64,000 nucleotides of DNA from Paramecium tetraurelia (Eukaryota), in contig CT868035.1 of the NCBI GenBank assembly GCA_000165425.1, positions 124,001 through 188,000 on the forward strand, given 5' to 3'. Under the pieces are notes generated by a model. It saw nothing but the letters and a program-made list of their open reading frames with translations, made no database searches and was not told where the DNA came from. Position numbers and translations under genes: made by a program. Below, piece by piece: positions 12,356 to 25,000 of this stretch. Positions within the stretch are counted from its first letter, which is position 1, and every line of letters starts with the position of its first letter.

Positions 12356-14931
12356 TCATTATGGCTGCTCTTATTACTTGAGCAATTTAAAGTAATCATT
12401 ACACAATTCTAAACCCTAAGCAAGCTTGTTCTCAATAATTTATGAAGATTTCTTAGAATTTGATTTTCTTGTATCGTCAATATGCTTCTTGGTTTTTTAA
12501 GCATAAGTACAATCATCAAATAACAATTATACGTCTTAATATTATTCCTAAAATAAATGGAATTTAAACCTTTATTGAATTGCTAGAGGAAATTTTAATA
12601 TTAACATTTAATTTTCTTGGTTCTCCTCTATCTATCATTGCTTCCACATCCTTTATTTTAGCATGATATATAATGTGAGCCCATTCTTTTTTAACTATTT
12701 ATGTTTCCATGATGATAAAGTTTTCGTCATCCTCCATCCAAAAGCTAATTTAAGTTGTTTAATTACCATTCTCCAGAAGTACAAGCCTAAAGTTTATCTT
12801 TAATTGTCTTAGCTGAGATCCGACATGATAATAATTAACAACCATCAGGTGGTTCATAGTTTTACCCAATTATCCAAGAGTTTGTAATATTTATTTTTTA
12901 TAAGATTTATGAATTTCCATTTTAATTGATTTTCTCCTGACTTATGATCTAAAAGCTATGGATATTATTTTTAATTACAACACAAGATCTATCATAAAAA
13001 AAATAGCTAAGTCCTTGATCGCAATTTCTTTTAACCCAACAGGTTGTCTGTACATTATATCTACATTACCATCATATTTGTCTATTATAGGAGAGAATGC
13101 TAAGTAATCTAAGTTAGGTTTCAGAATTTTTAGATTTAAACTAATTTATAATTAAAAATAGCTAACTTGTATTTGTTATATATTATTTCATATTATGAAA
13201 CAACTACTTCGTGGTATTAGTTTTACTTAATCATCTAACTCATTTTAATTATAGTATAATTATAGACTTCATATAATTTATTAATTGTTTCTCTTTCTAA
13301 AATAAGCTTATCTAAATTTATAAAATGAATAATTATTTAGCATGTCAATATTATAGTGCATAATCTAAGTGATGGATCTATCAAAAATATGTCTAATAGT
13401 TAATATATTATTTGATTTCTTTCTTTGATTATGATATTCGTGTTGGCCTCTTAAAATAAACAAATTCTTAAAATATCTTTGTCCTTAAACAATAAAACTG
13501 ATTTTATTAAATTTAATAATAAAAAGAGTAGATTATCATCTTTTGTTTGTAAATAAATCATTAAATTATTTCTAATTTTGTTTTGGGACATTTCTTCTTA
13601 TCCATTGTTTAATAATAATTATTTACAATAGAATAATACATGATCATTATCAGTAATGCCCAAAACTCTATTTATTAATTCAATTTCTGTATCGCAAGCT
13701 TCCTCTTTCTGTGCATAAGTTTGTATATCAAATAATTGATTTGCTTAACTTACCAATACATCTTAATGTTAATCCCAAAAATTTTTAAAACTCCATGAGT
13801 ATAAATAAGATCGTGGTTATCCGACATTAAATTCTAGTAAATGACAGAGTTTCTTTTACAAAGAAGGACTGAACAACAGTAAAAGAATATTTTTTGATAA
13901 ATTTGTTGTATTAAAGTTATTGATTAAATGAGTTGTAAGATGCAATGTAAAAGAAATCGATAAGGTTTCTTTTTTCTAAAATAAAATGCCTCCTAGCATT
14001 GCTGGAATTACTGTGTAGGTTAATAATGAATTGTCTAAGATCTAATATTTGTATAATCAATTATTATACATTTGAGATTTCTGGGCAAAATGCATAAATG
14101 TCATTCAGAAAATAAAATACATCTACTAAGTCATCCATTTTCTCTTTAACATCAACATTTCCTTCTAGAACTTCTTTGTTTGCCTCAAGCCATACATGCT
14201 TCAAATAACAAGAGAAGTGAACAAAAAATAATATAAATGGGAATCTTGTCAAATATTTTTTTAATACAGGGTTTTATACTAGTTAGATAAGATAATTTTA
14301 TACTTTTCATTATTCCAAGTATTATAGTTCTTACTGCAGTTCTAACCATGATTTCTTTGTGATTATAAAATTTTGTTGCTTACCACAATAATGGAAAGAC
14401 ACTCATTCTTTAGTTGAAAAATAATTGTACATTATCTACATCTATTCTCAAAGCCAAGCTTTTTAATAATGAGATATAATAATCAACAATTTCTTCATCA
14501 GTGAAATCATAATTATACATTATTAAATCCTAAATGACTGGATGAGACAGAAGATAATTTACATTTTCTTTATTTGTCAAATTAGCTCTAATTGATACGA
14601 ATAATAAATTACAATAAAATAGCAAAACTTTAAATTATTCCAATAATAATTTCTTTGAAGCTTGACCTTTACATTATCTTTAATAATTTCTCGGCAATGT
14701 TTTCTTCAAAAAAATAACTAGTTTAATTAATAAGGAATACTCAAAAAAATCTGAATTGTTTTAATCTCCCCAAATTGAAAATTCACAAATTAATTCCACT
14801 TTTTCACAAATTAACTACTTACTTTTGTTATCAATGATATTTGAATATTGAAGTAATTCTTGATAATGTTACTTATATTATTCTAATGTGTATTCAGAAG
14901 AGCCATTTTACTTTTTATTACCCTTGTTCAT
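12356..14931 (-). CDS. CLEC16A: CLEC16A/GOP-1/TT9 family FPL-domain protein (endolysosomal trafficking)
   Basis: Reads MNKGNKKQ...ICEFSIWGDQNNSDFFDYFFEEN...NYLLSHPVIQDLIMYNYDFTDEEIVDYYISLLKSLALRID...FPLLWQATKFYNHKEIMVRTAVRTIIL (FPL signature). C-terminal part KIKDVEAMIDRGEPRKL...KLLKQQEQPQ-TGA. Middle exons not fully resolved. Confidence 0.85.
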
Positions 14932-15859
14932 TAGAAATAAAATAAATATTTATATAAATATATTATTAATGTATTCCATATCAATATAGTATATTTTTTC
15001 AGATTACATTTTTCCTCATCTTTCCTAAATAGAAGACTGATTTTTTCGCATTTTTCTTTGGTCGACAAGCAATGCTCCTCCACCTAAAAATAATGAAAAA
15101 TTTTGAGATTATGATTCATCTTTATTTTAACTATGCTTAATTAAAAAGATATTATAATTTTTCTCAAGTGTTTTAGTACTTCTATAAAAATATAAAGCAA
15201 ATTGTGTAAAGATTTCAAGTAATAAAATCGATATTATTTTATTTCTAGAATTTCTAAAGGCCACATTTAAAATAGAAATGAACATGTATCATGTTATAAG
15301 GTTGTTATGTTACAATTTTTATTGTAATATTTATTCTTGAACTATTTCAATTAATTCAATTATTTGATGATTTTATTGTGTTTATTCATGTTAATGAAGA
15401 AATGAATTTCTTAACTTTGGTTATTAAGAAAGTTTTCAGAATATTTCTTAATGATTTTCATGCTCTATCTAAAGTTTAAGATTATTTGTTATTTCTAATT
15501 AATAGTTATTAAAATTACAAATATATAGGTTTTATATTAATTTTCCATTTTAACTCCTTTTCTTTTTGATAGAATTTGTAAACTAACAATAGTTTCGGAT
15601 ATTACTTAGATTATATAGACTTTCACTTCAACCATTCTCTCTTTATTAATCGACTCTATAAATAGTGTAATATGCAAATTAAAAAATATAAATTTATTAT
15701 TTGATATGAAATAAATAATAATATATCAAATTATCGTTTCAGTTTTGTTTTTTAGGGATAGAATCAGGAATGATATTAACTTAAATTAAATTGAGTATCT
15801 TTACCTGCAGTTAATGAGAATATTTCATAAATATATAAAATATTATATATTATCAAAAG

Positions 15860-16720
15860 ATGAATGAAAAAATCGATCATCATTTAGAGATGCAGGAGAC
15901 AAATTATATGCTGCTTTAGTAATTTGAAAAAGCGACTGAATTGCAAGAACAGGAAACCCAAAATAGATATTATGATCATTCAGATCTATCTTCGCCAACA
16001 AGGTAGTCAAAGAAAAAAGAAAGAATAGTGGAATAATTATTAGCAAATAGGGCAAGATTTAATGATAGAACAGCATTATTTAATTTAGTCAATACTTTAC
16101 AATTGGTAAATGATTCGACTAAGTTTTAGGCTATAACTCTATACAATTTAAGCTCAATTATTAATATAGAAGGATAATCAAATTTAAAATTTTATGACAC
16201 TACTTAAATCTATAGCTTTTACGTTTGGAATTAGCAAGGATCATTACACGTTTATTACTTAATTATCATTTATAATAATGGTTCATATTTTAAAATTATT
16301 AACGTGTTTGGTGGGTACTAATTAAATTTATAGAATTAGGTTATTTTTGTGTTGTATAAAAAAGTGAAAAATTGTTATCAATTTTTATGATGTTAACTTT
16401 CACCTGTGTAATAACTAGAGGCATTATAACTATATTATTAATAATTGATTATAGTTAAATAGAACTAACCTAATCTTATATATATGGAGATTCTGATTAA
16501 GTAGCTTAATCTTAAGCTGTACAATTCACGATAGTTTTGATTCTGTTTGTCCGCAGTTGAAATTATTATGGGGTTGTAAAGCCTCTTATTGGCAGGATAA
16601 GCTAAGAAAAAATATAAATGTATAATAATTCGTTTATATTTATCAAGCTATGCGAATTAATGAAAAGAAAATTGCTGCTCATTACTCAATAGCATATTAG
16701 ATTATGTTAAGATAATTTAT
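15860..16720 (+). CDS. Hypothetical protein, possibly membrane-associated or degenerate; 3' end uncertain
   Basis: MNEKIDHHLEMQETNYMLLQQFEKATELQEQ... is open to a 24-nt intron (gtaaatgattcgactaagttttag). Downstream frames are hydrophobic but ambiguous. Confidence 0.35.
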
Positions 16721-16980
16721 AATTTGATTTTGTATAATAAATATAAAGATTTATGAAATTTTTAATAATGATAAACTAATAATATTTGTATAAACAAGCA
16801 TTATCGAGCTATTTTTTCGATTGATCTTAACGATGTGAAGATTTTTTAACATTAAATTAATAAGGTTTATTTATACCTGATTCTACTATATTTAAATTGA
16901 AAATTCCACTTAAAAGTAATTTGTAATTGATTACTTAATTTTCGCTATTTAAATTATAAGATTAGAAGGATTTTTTGATA

Positions 16981-18752
16981 TCAATCTATGTGTTTTTGAC
17001 AAAAAAATTACCCCCCACCAGCCCTAAACTTATCACAGAATCAAAAATACAATAATCCTCATAAACATCATCTGAAAGTATTTTTTGGTTTTCGTCTTTA
17101 AATTAAATTTGAAATTTGTTTAGAATGAATACTTCAATTTAGTTTATTTTACTAGCTTTTAATTCTTTATAAAGATTTTAATCATCTGTTAAAATATTTT
17201 TATTTAATTGAATTTATATCCTTGCCTCATTATTTTCTTTTAAAAATGTTTTCTATATTTTCTCGCGTAATTAAATTACAGTTTCTTCAGTTGAGGCTTG
17301 CATTTTTAGGGTTTATTAAATTGGAGAAATTAATATTTCATAAGGAATTATGTTTTTAAACTCAAAAAATATATTCAGAGATTACAATTCAAGATCCATT
17401 ATTGATTTAGATTAATTAAAAGAATCATTTAAAAATATGGAATAATCCTCAGGTATTTAATGGTTTTTTTTAAGATTTTCTTCTATTTGCTTTAAAGAAA
17501 TTGTTATTGAGACATTCTGAGAATACTCCTTATTTAAGTATTTGAATCGAAACAGATAGTTCCCATCACAAGTTACAATATTTTTCATTATTTACCTTTT
17601 TTTCGATACTATAAACTCTAGATTGATTTCAGTTTCCTTACCTTAAACTAAATCTTAAATGGTAGTATTTTCTTTAACCTATTATCCTTTATAAAAATAT
17701 TAAATAAAAAGATTATCTTATAGATGTATAAGTTAATCTAAAGCATTAATAGATTATATGGATGAGAAATTCTTGACGTATATTTAAGATGGGTTTCTTT
17801 AATTTACAAGTGTGATTATAATATCAGATATATGGGTTTTATAATTTAGATTTTAATTTGTTATTACAATTGTGCTATTATTTAATATCATTTCATCTAC
17901 AATCAAAGCTTAATGATTTAATGTCATTTTTCCATACTATAAATGAAGAACCAAATCATCGATAATATTAAATTCTCTTTTGATCAAATCACATAAAGTA
18001 CTTACTTTTTAATTTGAATTAATCTTAATCTTCTTTTAGATGCCATCACTCAATTAAATCAAATATTATGGTTCCTCTACAATTTCTATTTACACATCAT
18101 AGATATTAGGATATAATTAATATAATTCAAGATCGTGATCAATAGTTTTATTCAAGGATTTTAATTAGATGATATTATTAATTTATTTTTTGCCTCTTAT
18201 ATAAGCGATTAATTTATGAATCTTCCAAGTAGATGGTAAAAACTCTTTAAATATTAGATGTTTAAGTGTGAAACTTACAGGCAATAAAATCTAAATAGAA
18301 ACTTAACTATTATTAGATATTCCAGTTTAAAACCACATAGTGTCTAATTTATGAGGCCCACTTTTGCATAAAATATTGATTAAATGATCTTTGTATGGTT
18401 TTTTGAATTTAGGTTTAAATTAATTCTCATAGTCTGCTATTTTGTCTATATAATCGACTTGTAGAGTAAAATTTAAATTTTCACAAATACAATTGATCTG
18501 CAACTATTAGGAATAATAAAATTAAAGTTATTCTAAATTCTGATTTTCTTATGCTAGAATTTCTAGGATTGATTTATCGATATCAAGTTCTTTATTTTTG
18601 AGCATTAATTTAAGATTTACAGTTGAAATTATATTTTGAGGGAATAATTTCTAATAGATTTCCTAGCAATTTTGTCTTATAGTTAATAAGGTATTGCATT
18701 CAATAATTTTAATTTGATTCAATTGCGGAATTTCAATGGGTAACTAAATCAT
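16981..18752 (-). CDS. Protein made of tandem divergent ubiquitin-like (beta-grasp) domains, ~580 aa
   Basis: Continuous code-6 ORF from MIQLPIEIPQ. Recurrent ~75-aa units such as KIKINSNQKVSTLCDLIKREF..., QYFYKGQQVKENTTIQDL and STEETVIQLREKI. Ends ISLGLVG then D-TGA if a 26-nt intron is spliced. The fold is inferred from the pattern only. Confidence 0.55.
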
Positions 18753-18830
18753 CAATAGGAGGAAATAATTATTTAATGATAGAAAGATTAATATTTATTG
18801 TAGAAATAAATTGTTTGTTAGTATATACAA

Positions 18831-19750
18831 ATGGATCCATTCAGAAGAAAAAGAAAATAATTAGAAAATAAATTTTATATATTGAATAATCTAATTAGGA
18901 GAAATGATAGTGGAAAACAATGATATTTTAGAAAACCCAAGTTTACATTTCGGTTCATGTAAATATTGAAGTAGAAACATATCTCATGATTATTGATAGA
19001 AGAAAATTCTCTAAAAAAAAGGGTTTTAACAATTCTCAATATTTATATATGATAGAAAAATAATTGGATTTATGTAATGCAACAGCAGCAATTGAAAAAC
19101 AATAATTCGATTTGGTTTTATGATAATAAAAAAATGTAGTTTGGATTTGTAATTAAGTATTTTTCGAAAAACCATAGAGAATAATTAAAATTTCAGTTAA
19201 CAATTAGAGGAAAAGATTATTAGATATGAGATTATTCTTTTTTTTGATGCAACAGTTATCCTATATTTTGATAGTAAGAAGATCTTTAAATCTTTGATGT
19301 TATAATTTAATACCATTATGAATAAGTCTTAATTATATTCCTCTCATTTTGATTGATATAAATATTACAATTTACTTTATAAATGTAATCTAATTGATGA
19401 AGGATATTATGAAGTAATGTAAGCATTTTTAAACGAAGAATTAACTTATGAAAATACAATTACAAAAAGAATGTGGATCTTCTAATAATATCTTGATATA
19501 AATTTAATTAGAAGATATATGAATAAAAAGCTCAAATTTGTAATTAAGGGCTTTATATTGAAATTTCAATAAATGAGAGAAAAGTTTTATTATATTTTGT
19601 AGTTAATGTTATTTCAACATCAGATCTTCTAATTAAGAAGAACGATGGAAAATATATGGCAATTAAATAATCTTTCCAGTTACTTAATTATATATGACAA
19701 AAATGTGTTCAATAACGAAATGAAATTGGTTAATCTAAAAGTTTACAACA
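18831..19750 (+). pseudogene. Degenerate coding-like sequence, product unknown
   Basis: ATG at 18831 (MDPFRRK...) followed by short frames closed by TGA. No motif recognised. Confidence 0.25.
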
Positions 19751-19793
19751 TTTTTTATGTTAATCTCTATTTTACTGTTTTTTATTATTTTAT

Positions 19794-20861
19794 ATGTCTT
19801 CTAATAAAAATTTAGAGTAATCTCCAGAATCACAAAGTGTTAGAAATTCAATTCGTCACTAATCGTTAAATTAGAGTGTACATGAATTCTCTGGATACAA
19901 AGAAAAAATGTAAGATCTAATGTTACCCAATGTTGAATTTGTGGATCCATAAAATTTTAAGAAATAAAATGAATGCATAGTTTGTAGCATTGAATTTACC
20001 TAGACTAATAGATAGCATCATTGTAGGTAATAATCTTATTGATATTGCTATTTTAGAATGTGTGGAAATTCATGTTGCGGAGTATGTTCACAAAAGACAA
20101 TCAATAAGAATAGAGTTTGTGATATTTGCTATATGAAAGCATCTCAAATAACTGCTGAAAAAAAGAGGACCAAATTTTTACAAACCTTAAAGGAATCTGC
20201 AAAAAAATTAAGAAAACATATAGAATAAGCAGAAAAGAAGAAATAAGAATTATAAGAGGAACGAGATGCTCAAAAGGATAAATCACAGATTGATTTAAAG
20301 GTAATAGAAAAAGAAACAGAAGATTATAGATTGAAGTATTCTCAAAAAACATAGGATAAGTGTTTATATGAACAAGAAGTTGAAGAAATAAAAATGAAAA
20401 TATCTGAACTTAATTCGCTTAAAGAATAAATCTAATAGGAGTATTAGGAAAAGGAATAAGAAATAAGAGCCTATGATACTAATTTATATTTAAGGGATCA
20501 AGAATTGAATGATAAAAAGACCTAATTATAAAGGTTAAGATAATAAAAAGAAGAATTAGAAAATATGTCTAATCGAATTGAATAAAACCCAGAATTAGCT
20601 GAAGAAATTAATATTCCGGAGCCTATTTAGCCTATATTATAAGAATAGTCATAATAATAATGGTATAACACTAACATTGATATTGATGAAATTATGTATG
20701 GAAATACTGATAATTCTAAGGATTCAACAACATTAATTAAGCAAGAATAGCCACAATAGCAGCCTAAGAAATAAGAAGTTAAAAAACCAAATAAACCAAA
20801 TAAACCAAAGGAAAATGATGAAACTGAAGATGAAGATAAATATAAATGCATTATTTTCTGA
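19794..20861 (+). CDS. FYVE zinc-finger + coiled-coil protein with C-terminal CaaX (CIIF)
   Basis: Reads MSSNKNLEQ...ECIVCSIEFTQTNRQHHCR[intron]MCGNSCCGVCSQKTINKNRVCDIC, then a long K/E coiled coil, ending EDEDKYKCIIF-TGA. Confidence 0.85.
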
Positions 20862-20881
20862 TTTACAATATTAAGTGAATA

Positions 20882-21347
20882 TCACTAACTATCTAATAAT
20901 TATTATATCATTCCAATGGTTTTTTGAATCTAATCTTTAGCATTTTAATATTTTTTAAAATCTATTTCAGATATAGCTTATTGCAAAACAGTTTTAGCTT
21001 AGTTTCTTGTTTAAACTTATTCAATTGATGTTAATTTAATAGTTTCTGCCTTTCCTTATTAAACTAAAAATAATTAAATTAGCAATACTTTATGTTTGTT
21101 GTTAAGGTTATTGTTATTATTATTAATATTGGTGTTATTAGTTTTATTATTATTATTACTACTATTATTATTACTATTATAGTAATTATTATTACTATTA
21201 TTACTATTATAATTATAATTACTATTATTAATATTATTACTATTGTTACTATTGTTATTATTACTATTGTTATTATGGTAAAGGTTAGGGATTTTAACTT
21301 TAAGGTGCTACAGGTTAGATTGGTTGTTAAATAATTGCTGATTTATC

Positions 21348-21382
<35 letters not shown>

Positions 21383-21989
21383 GAACTTAATTCTACGATT
21401 GATGCTGTGACATTTAAATTTATTATTGTGCAATTTATTCAAGCTCCTCTTCAATTGGATCTTTGGGTTTTGGTTTGATCAAGGAAGGATCCTTGATTTT
21501 TTTATGTTATTCAACCATCTTGAATTTTGCATACTTAACTAGAGAATTAAAGTAAAAGATTACGCTTTTCTTATTGATCTTAAGTCAATGGTTCGAAGTA
21601 TTGGAGTACTTCAATGGACTTTTGGACTGATCCAAACATATGGAGGAGTTCTTATGAAACTTCTCCATCCCTTTCTCTGGTATCTGCATCATAAAAGAAC
21701 TTGTAAACAAACTCTGTATAATGTTTTTTATTCTCTTCTTTATTCTACAACTAGGGATTCTGTGCCTTTAAACCTTCCAACTCAGTTATTAATTATTAGA
21801 GCATCTGTAAGTAGCTCTAAAAAGAGATAAATGGAATTATACTTATTGCTGGGTTTTTTTGTAGAGTGCATGCAATTTTTAGGCAACATAGGCTTTGGCA
21901 ATATAGGCAAAAGTAATATTGAAAGTACTAAGTTGCTGAGAGTGATGGAGTAGAGCTTGTATTTGCTTGAATTCTGGATTTGATTGCAT
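20882..21989 (-). CDS. VTA1: Vta1/LIP5 (ESCRT Vps4 cofactor)
   Basis: N-terminal MIT region FYDADTRERDG...EVLQYFEPLTQDQQEKLKYAKFK; Gln-rich linker; C-terminal VSL-like QAKTVLQQAISEIDFKKYQNAKDQIQKTIGMI. Three mini-introns. Confidence 0.8.
21110..21383. repeat. Imperfect (TTA/CTA/TTG)n trinucleotide tracts encoding poly-Gln in the Vta1 linker
   Basis: On the minus strand these are TAA/TAG/CAA codon runs. A pure (tta)n run lies at ~21347-21381. Confidence 0.85.
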
Positions 21990-22057
21990 GTCTAAATTAT
22001 TAATATATATATTAATATGTATTGTGGGGAGAGAGTAATAATAATTTTAAAAAAGAA

Positions 22058-25000
22058 ATGGACGAAGATTAGAAAGACTAGAATAGCGAGATTTAGATGA
22101 AGCGGGCAGACTCTCAGGCAGGGGTGCTAGAAATGCAACCACCTTAGATAGGTGTAGAGCAAACATCTTAGCAAGTGCCAGAGGCGGATCAGGAAGATGA
22201 TGATTGTAAGATTGATTTTGATATTTTAAATTAGAGGTCGTATAGACTTAAGTCGTGTAAGGGGATTAGTAGGTGGTTTAAAAGAGTGGGGCTCAGAATG
22301 GAATGAATTCTCAATCCAACATCCATTAATCAGCAATAATAAATAAACATGTTTAAGACATGTTGGATTAATCAGTTTATTAAGTTCCAAAGAATGATGA
22401 AGTAGATCCACCTAAGGAGGATGCACCAAATCCTATTTTAGATTTGATACCTGAAGATTACTACCCTCCGGATGACTGGCAACCTGAGAATCAGGATTAG
22501 ACACCGCCTTTGATTCATCCAGACACAATTTAATTCCATGATTGCTTCGGAATGGATTCAAATAAGAAAAGCAATTTGTGGTTGATAGATTCATAAACTT
22601 TTGTGTATGCAAGTAGTATCAGTTACCATTTTTATAATTTTGTATAAGGAACCAATGAAATATTTTTCAGTAGAGACGGGGGTGGTATAGGTAGTGTTGC
22701 AGTTCACCCGTCAAGAAAATATTATTCAGTAGCAGAGAAAGGATCATTTCCTAATGTTTACATCTATGATGCTTCTCATAAATTATACAGAATATTGATG
22801 AAGGGAACTGAAAGATCATATTCCAATTCGAATTTTTCCAAGGATGGTGATAAGTTTGCAACTGTCGGTTCCTCTCCTGATTACTAAATCTGCATTTGGG
22901 ACTGGAGACAAGAGAAAATACTCTTGAAGGCAAAAGCATTTTCATAGGAAGTGTATAAAGTAGGATTTTCTGAATACAATGTAAATCAATTGGCTACAAG
23001 TGGTATGGGTCATATCAAATTTTGGAAGGTGGCAGAGACCTTTACAGGACTTAAATTAAAGGGTGAAATTGCAAAATTTGGTTAAGTAGAGTTATCTGAT
23101 GTGTATGCTTTTTATCCATTCCCTGATGGAAAAGTATTGAGTGGAACTGAATATGGTCGTTTAATTCTTTGGGAAGGAAATGTAATCAAAGTGGTCATAG
23201 GAATTTCAGAGGAGGAACCATGCCATAAAGGAGCCATCGAATCCATATTCTTATACAAAGATTGTATCATAAGTGGTGGAAAGGATGGATTTCTACGATC
23301 TTGGAAGTTAACTGAATTGGATCAAGCTGAAGGAGATGATTAACTCAATTATTACACTCAACCTATAAAATCCTTAGAATTGGTTGATGATGGAGAAAAT
23401 GCACAAATTATTTAGGTTGTCACTGATGAACATTTTTGGTTGATTGGTGATCAAGGAGGTAGAGTTTGGAGAGTTGATTGGGAAACTGGAAAGAAAGAGA
23501 TAGTATATAGAAACAACTCTGGTGCCTATTTGGATCTTGCACCTTCTCCTTAGTTGAATGCTGCCATAACTGTTGGAGATGATGGAGCCATTACTTTGTG
23601 GGATTATGTTAAGAGTGAATAGACATACAAACGTAAATTTGCTAAGAAAGCTACTTGCATCTAATGGATGCCCTTTACTATGACTAATAAGGGTAGAGTT
23701 GTTGTTGTTGGATACAGTAATGGAATAGTTCGATTCTTATTGCTCAATTAAGATACCTTTGTGTTATTGAATGTCTAAAAAGTTCATCCACATCCTATTT
23801 AAAAAATAATTGTCGCTAGCAACACCAATTATGTAGCTGTGTTATCCACAAAGGGTGAGATATTCTTTCTTAAATACTCCGATTCCAATATTCAAGACAT
23901 ATAAGCCTACTGTTTATGGGAAACAAAATTGAGTATCAATGATTTCTGTTTTGATAAAACTGGAACTAAAGTTTTGATGGCTTGCAAGGATGGTTATCTT
24001 TATGAGGCTATTGTACCAAGTGATGTCGATAATAGTGAAAATTATCTTTAAGAATTTAATGCTAATAAATATTTAGTGAGAATGATGGAATCTTAAAAAC
24101 CCAAGAAGGAGGATCTTGATTTATAGTTCCTAATGAAACTGAAGGATGACAAAATGCCAGATGTTGAGTGGGATCCTGCAAGCATCATGAATGTCGTTTA
24201 TTATGGAGATAAGGTATTTTGCACAGCAGAAGGAAAATACTTAGGTTGTTGTTATATCATAGATCTTAATAAAGATAGACCAGTAGAAATGATCCCTATA
24301 TCAAAGATGTAGACATATCATTTGGATTATAAGGATGATGTATTGACTATAGGATATAAAAATGGACAGTGGGATATTCGTCACAAAACAGATTTTAGTA
24401 AATAGATTAATAAATAGTCACATGACATGGATTATGGTCGTGTTCGTAAAGTAGGTTTGACTTTTGATAGAACTGGAGTGCTGAGTGTTAGTGATGATGG
24501 AACATTCTATGTTTACAAGATAGATTTCTAAAATTTCTTGATGTAATTGAGTGGTAATGAGGTTGCAGATTTCCAATACCCAGAATTTACAATGGGCATC
24601 AATAGTGGAACATTTGCTGAAGAAATTGCCTTTGAAGAAGTTCAAGATATATTGGATGATACTATATATTCAATTCAATAAGCAAAATTGTTAGCTGAAG
24701 AAGATAATCGAAGAAATGAGGCAAATAAGAAGAAGGAAACTGTTAAATCTCGTATTTTGTAATTAAGAGAACAGTTCTCATAAGTAAGACAGAAGAATCA
24801 GACAGCAGAAGATGCTGCCAAATTGACAGAAGATGAATTGTGTGTGGATCCTGAGTATAAGTAGATGTTGTTGGATAGAGTAGCTGAAGATGTTGAGGAA
24901 ACCAGATTAGAATTAGAGTGGGATAGAACCTTGGCAAAAATGAAGGCTGACAAGTTGAAAGCATATATGATTGATGAACTTGAGATCGACAAGTTTATGG

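Noticed and set aside
21092..21334. Ile/Thr-rich 80-aa plus-strand ORF resembling a membrane peptide
   Set aside because: It is the antisense reading of the poly-Gln (TAA/TAG/CAA) linker of VTA1.
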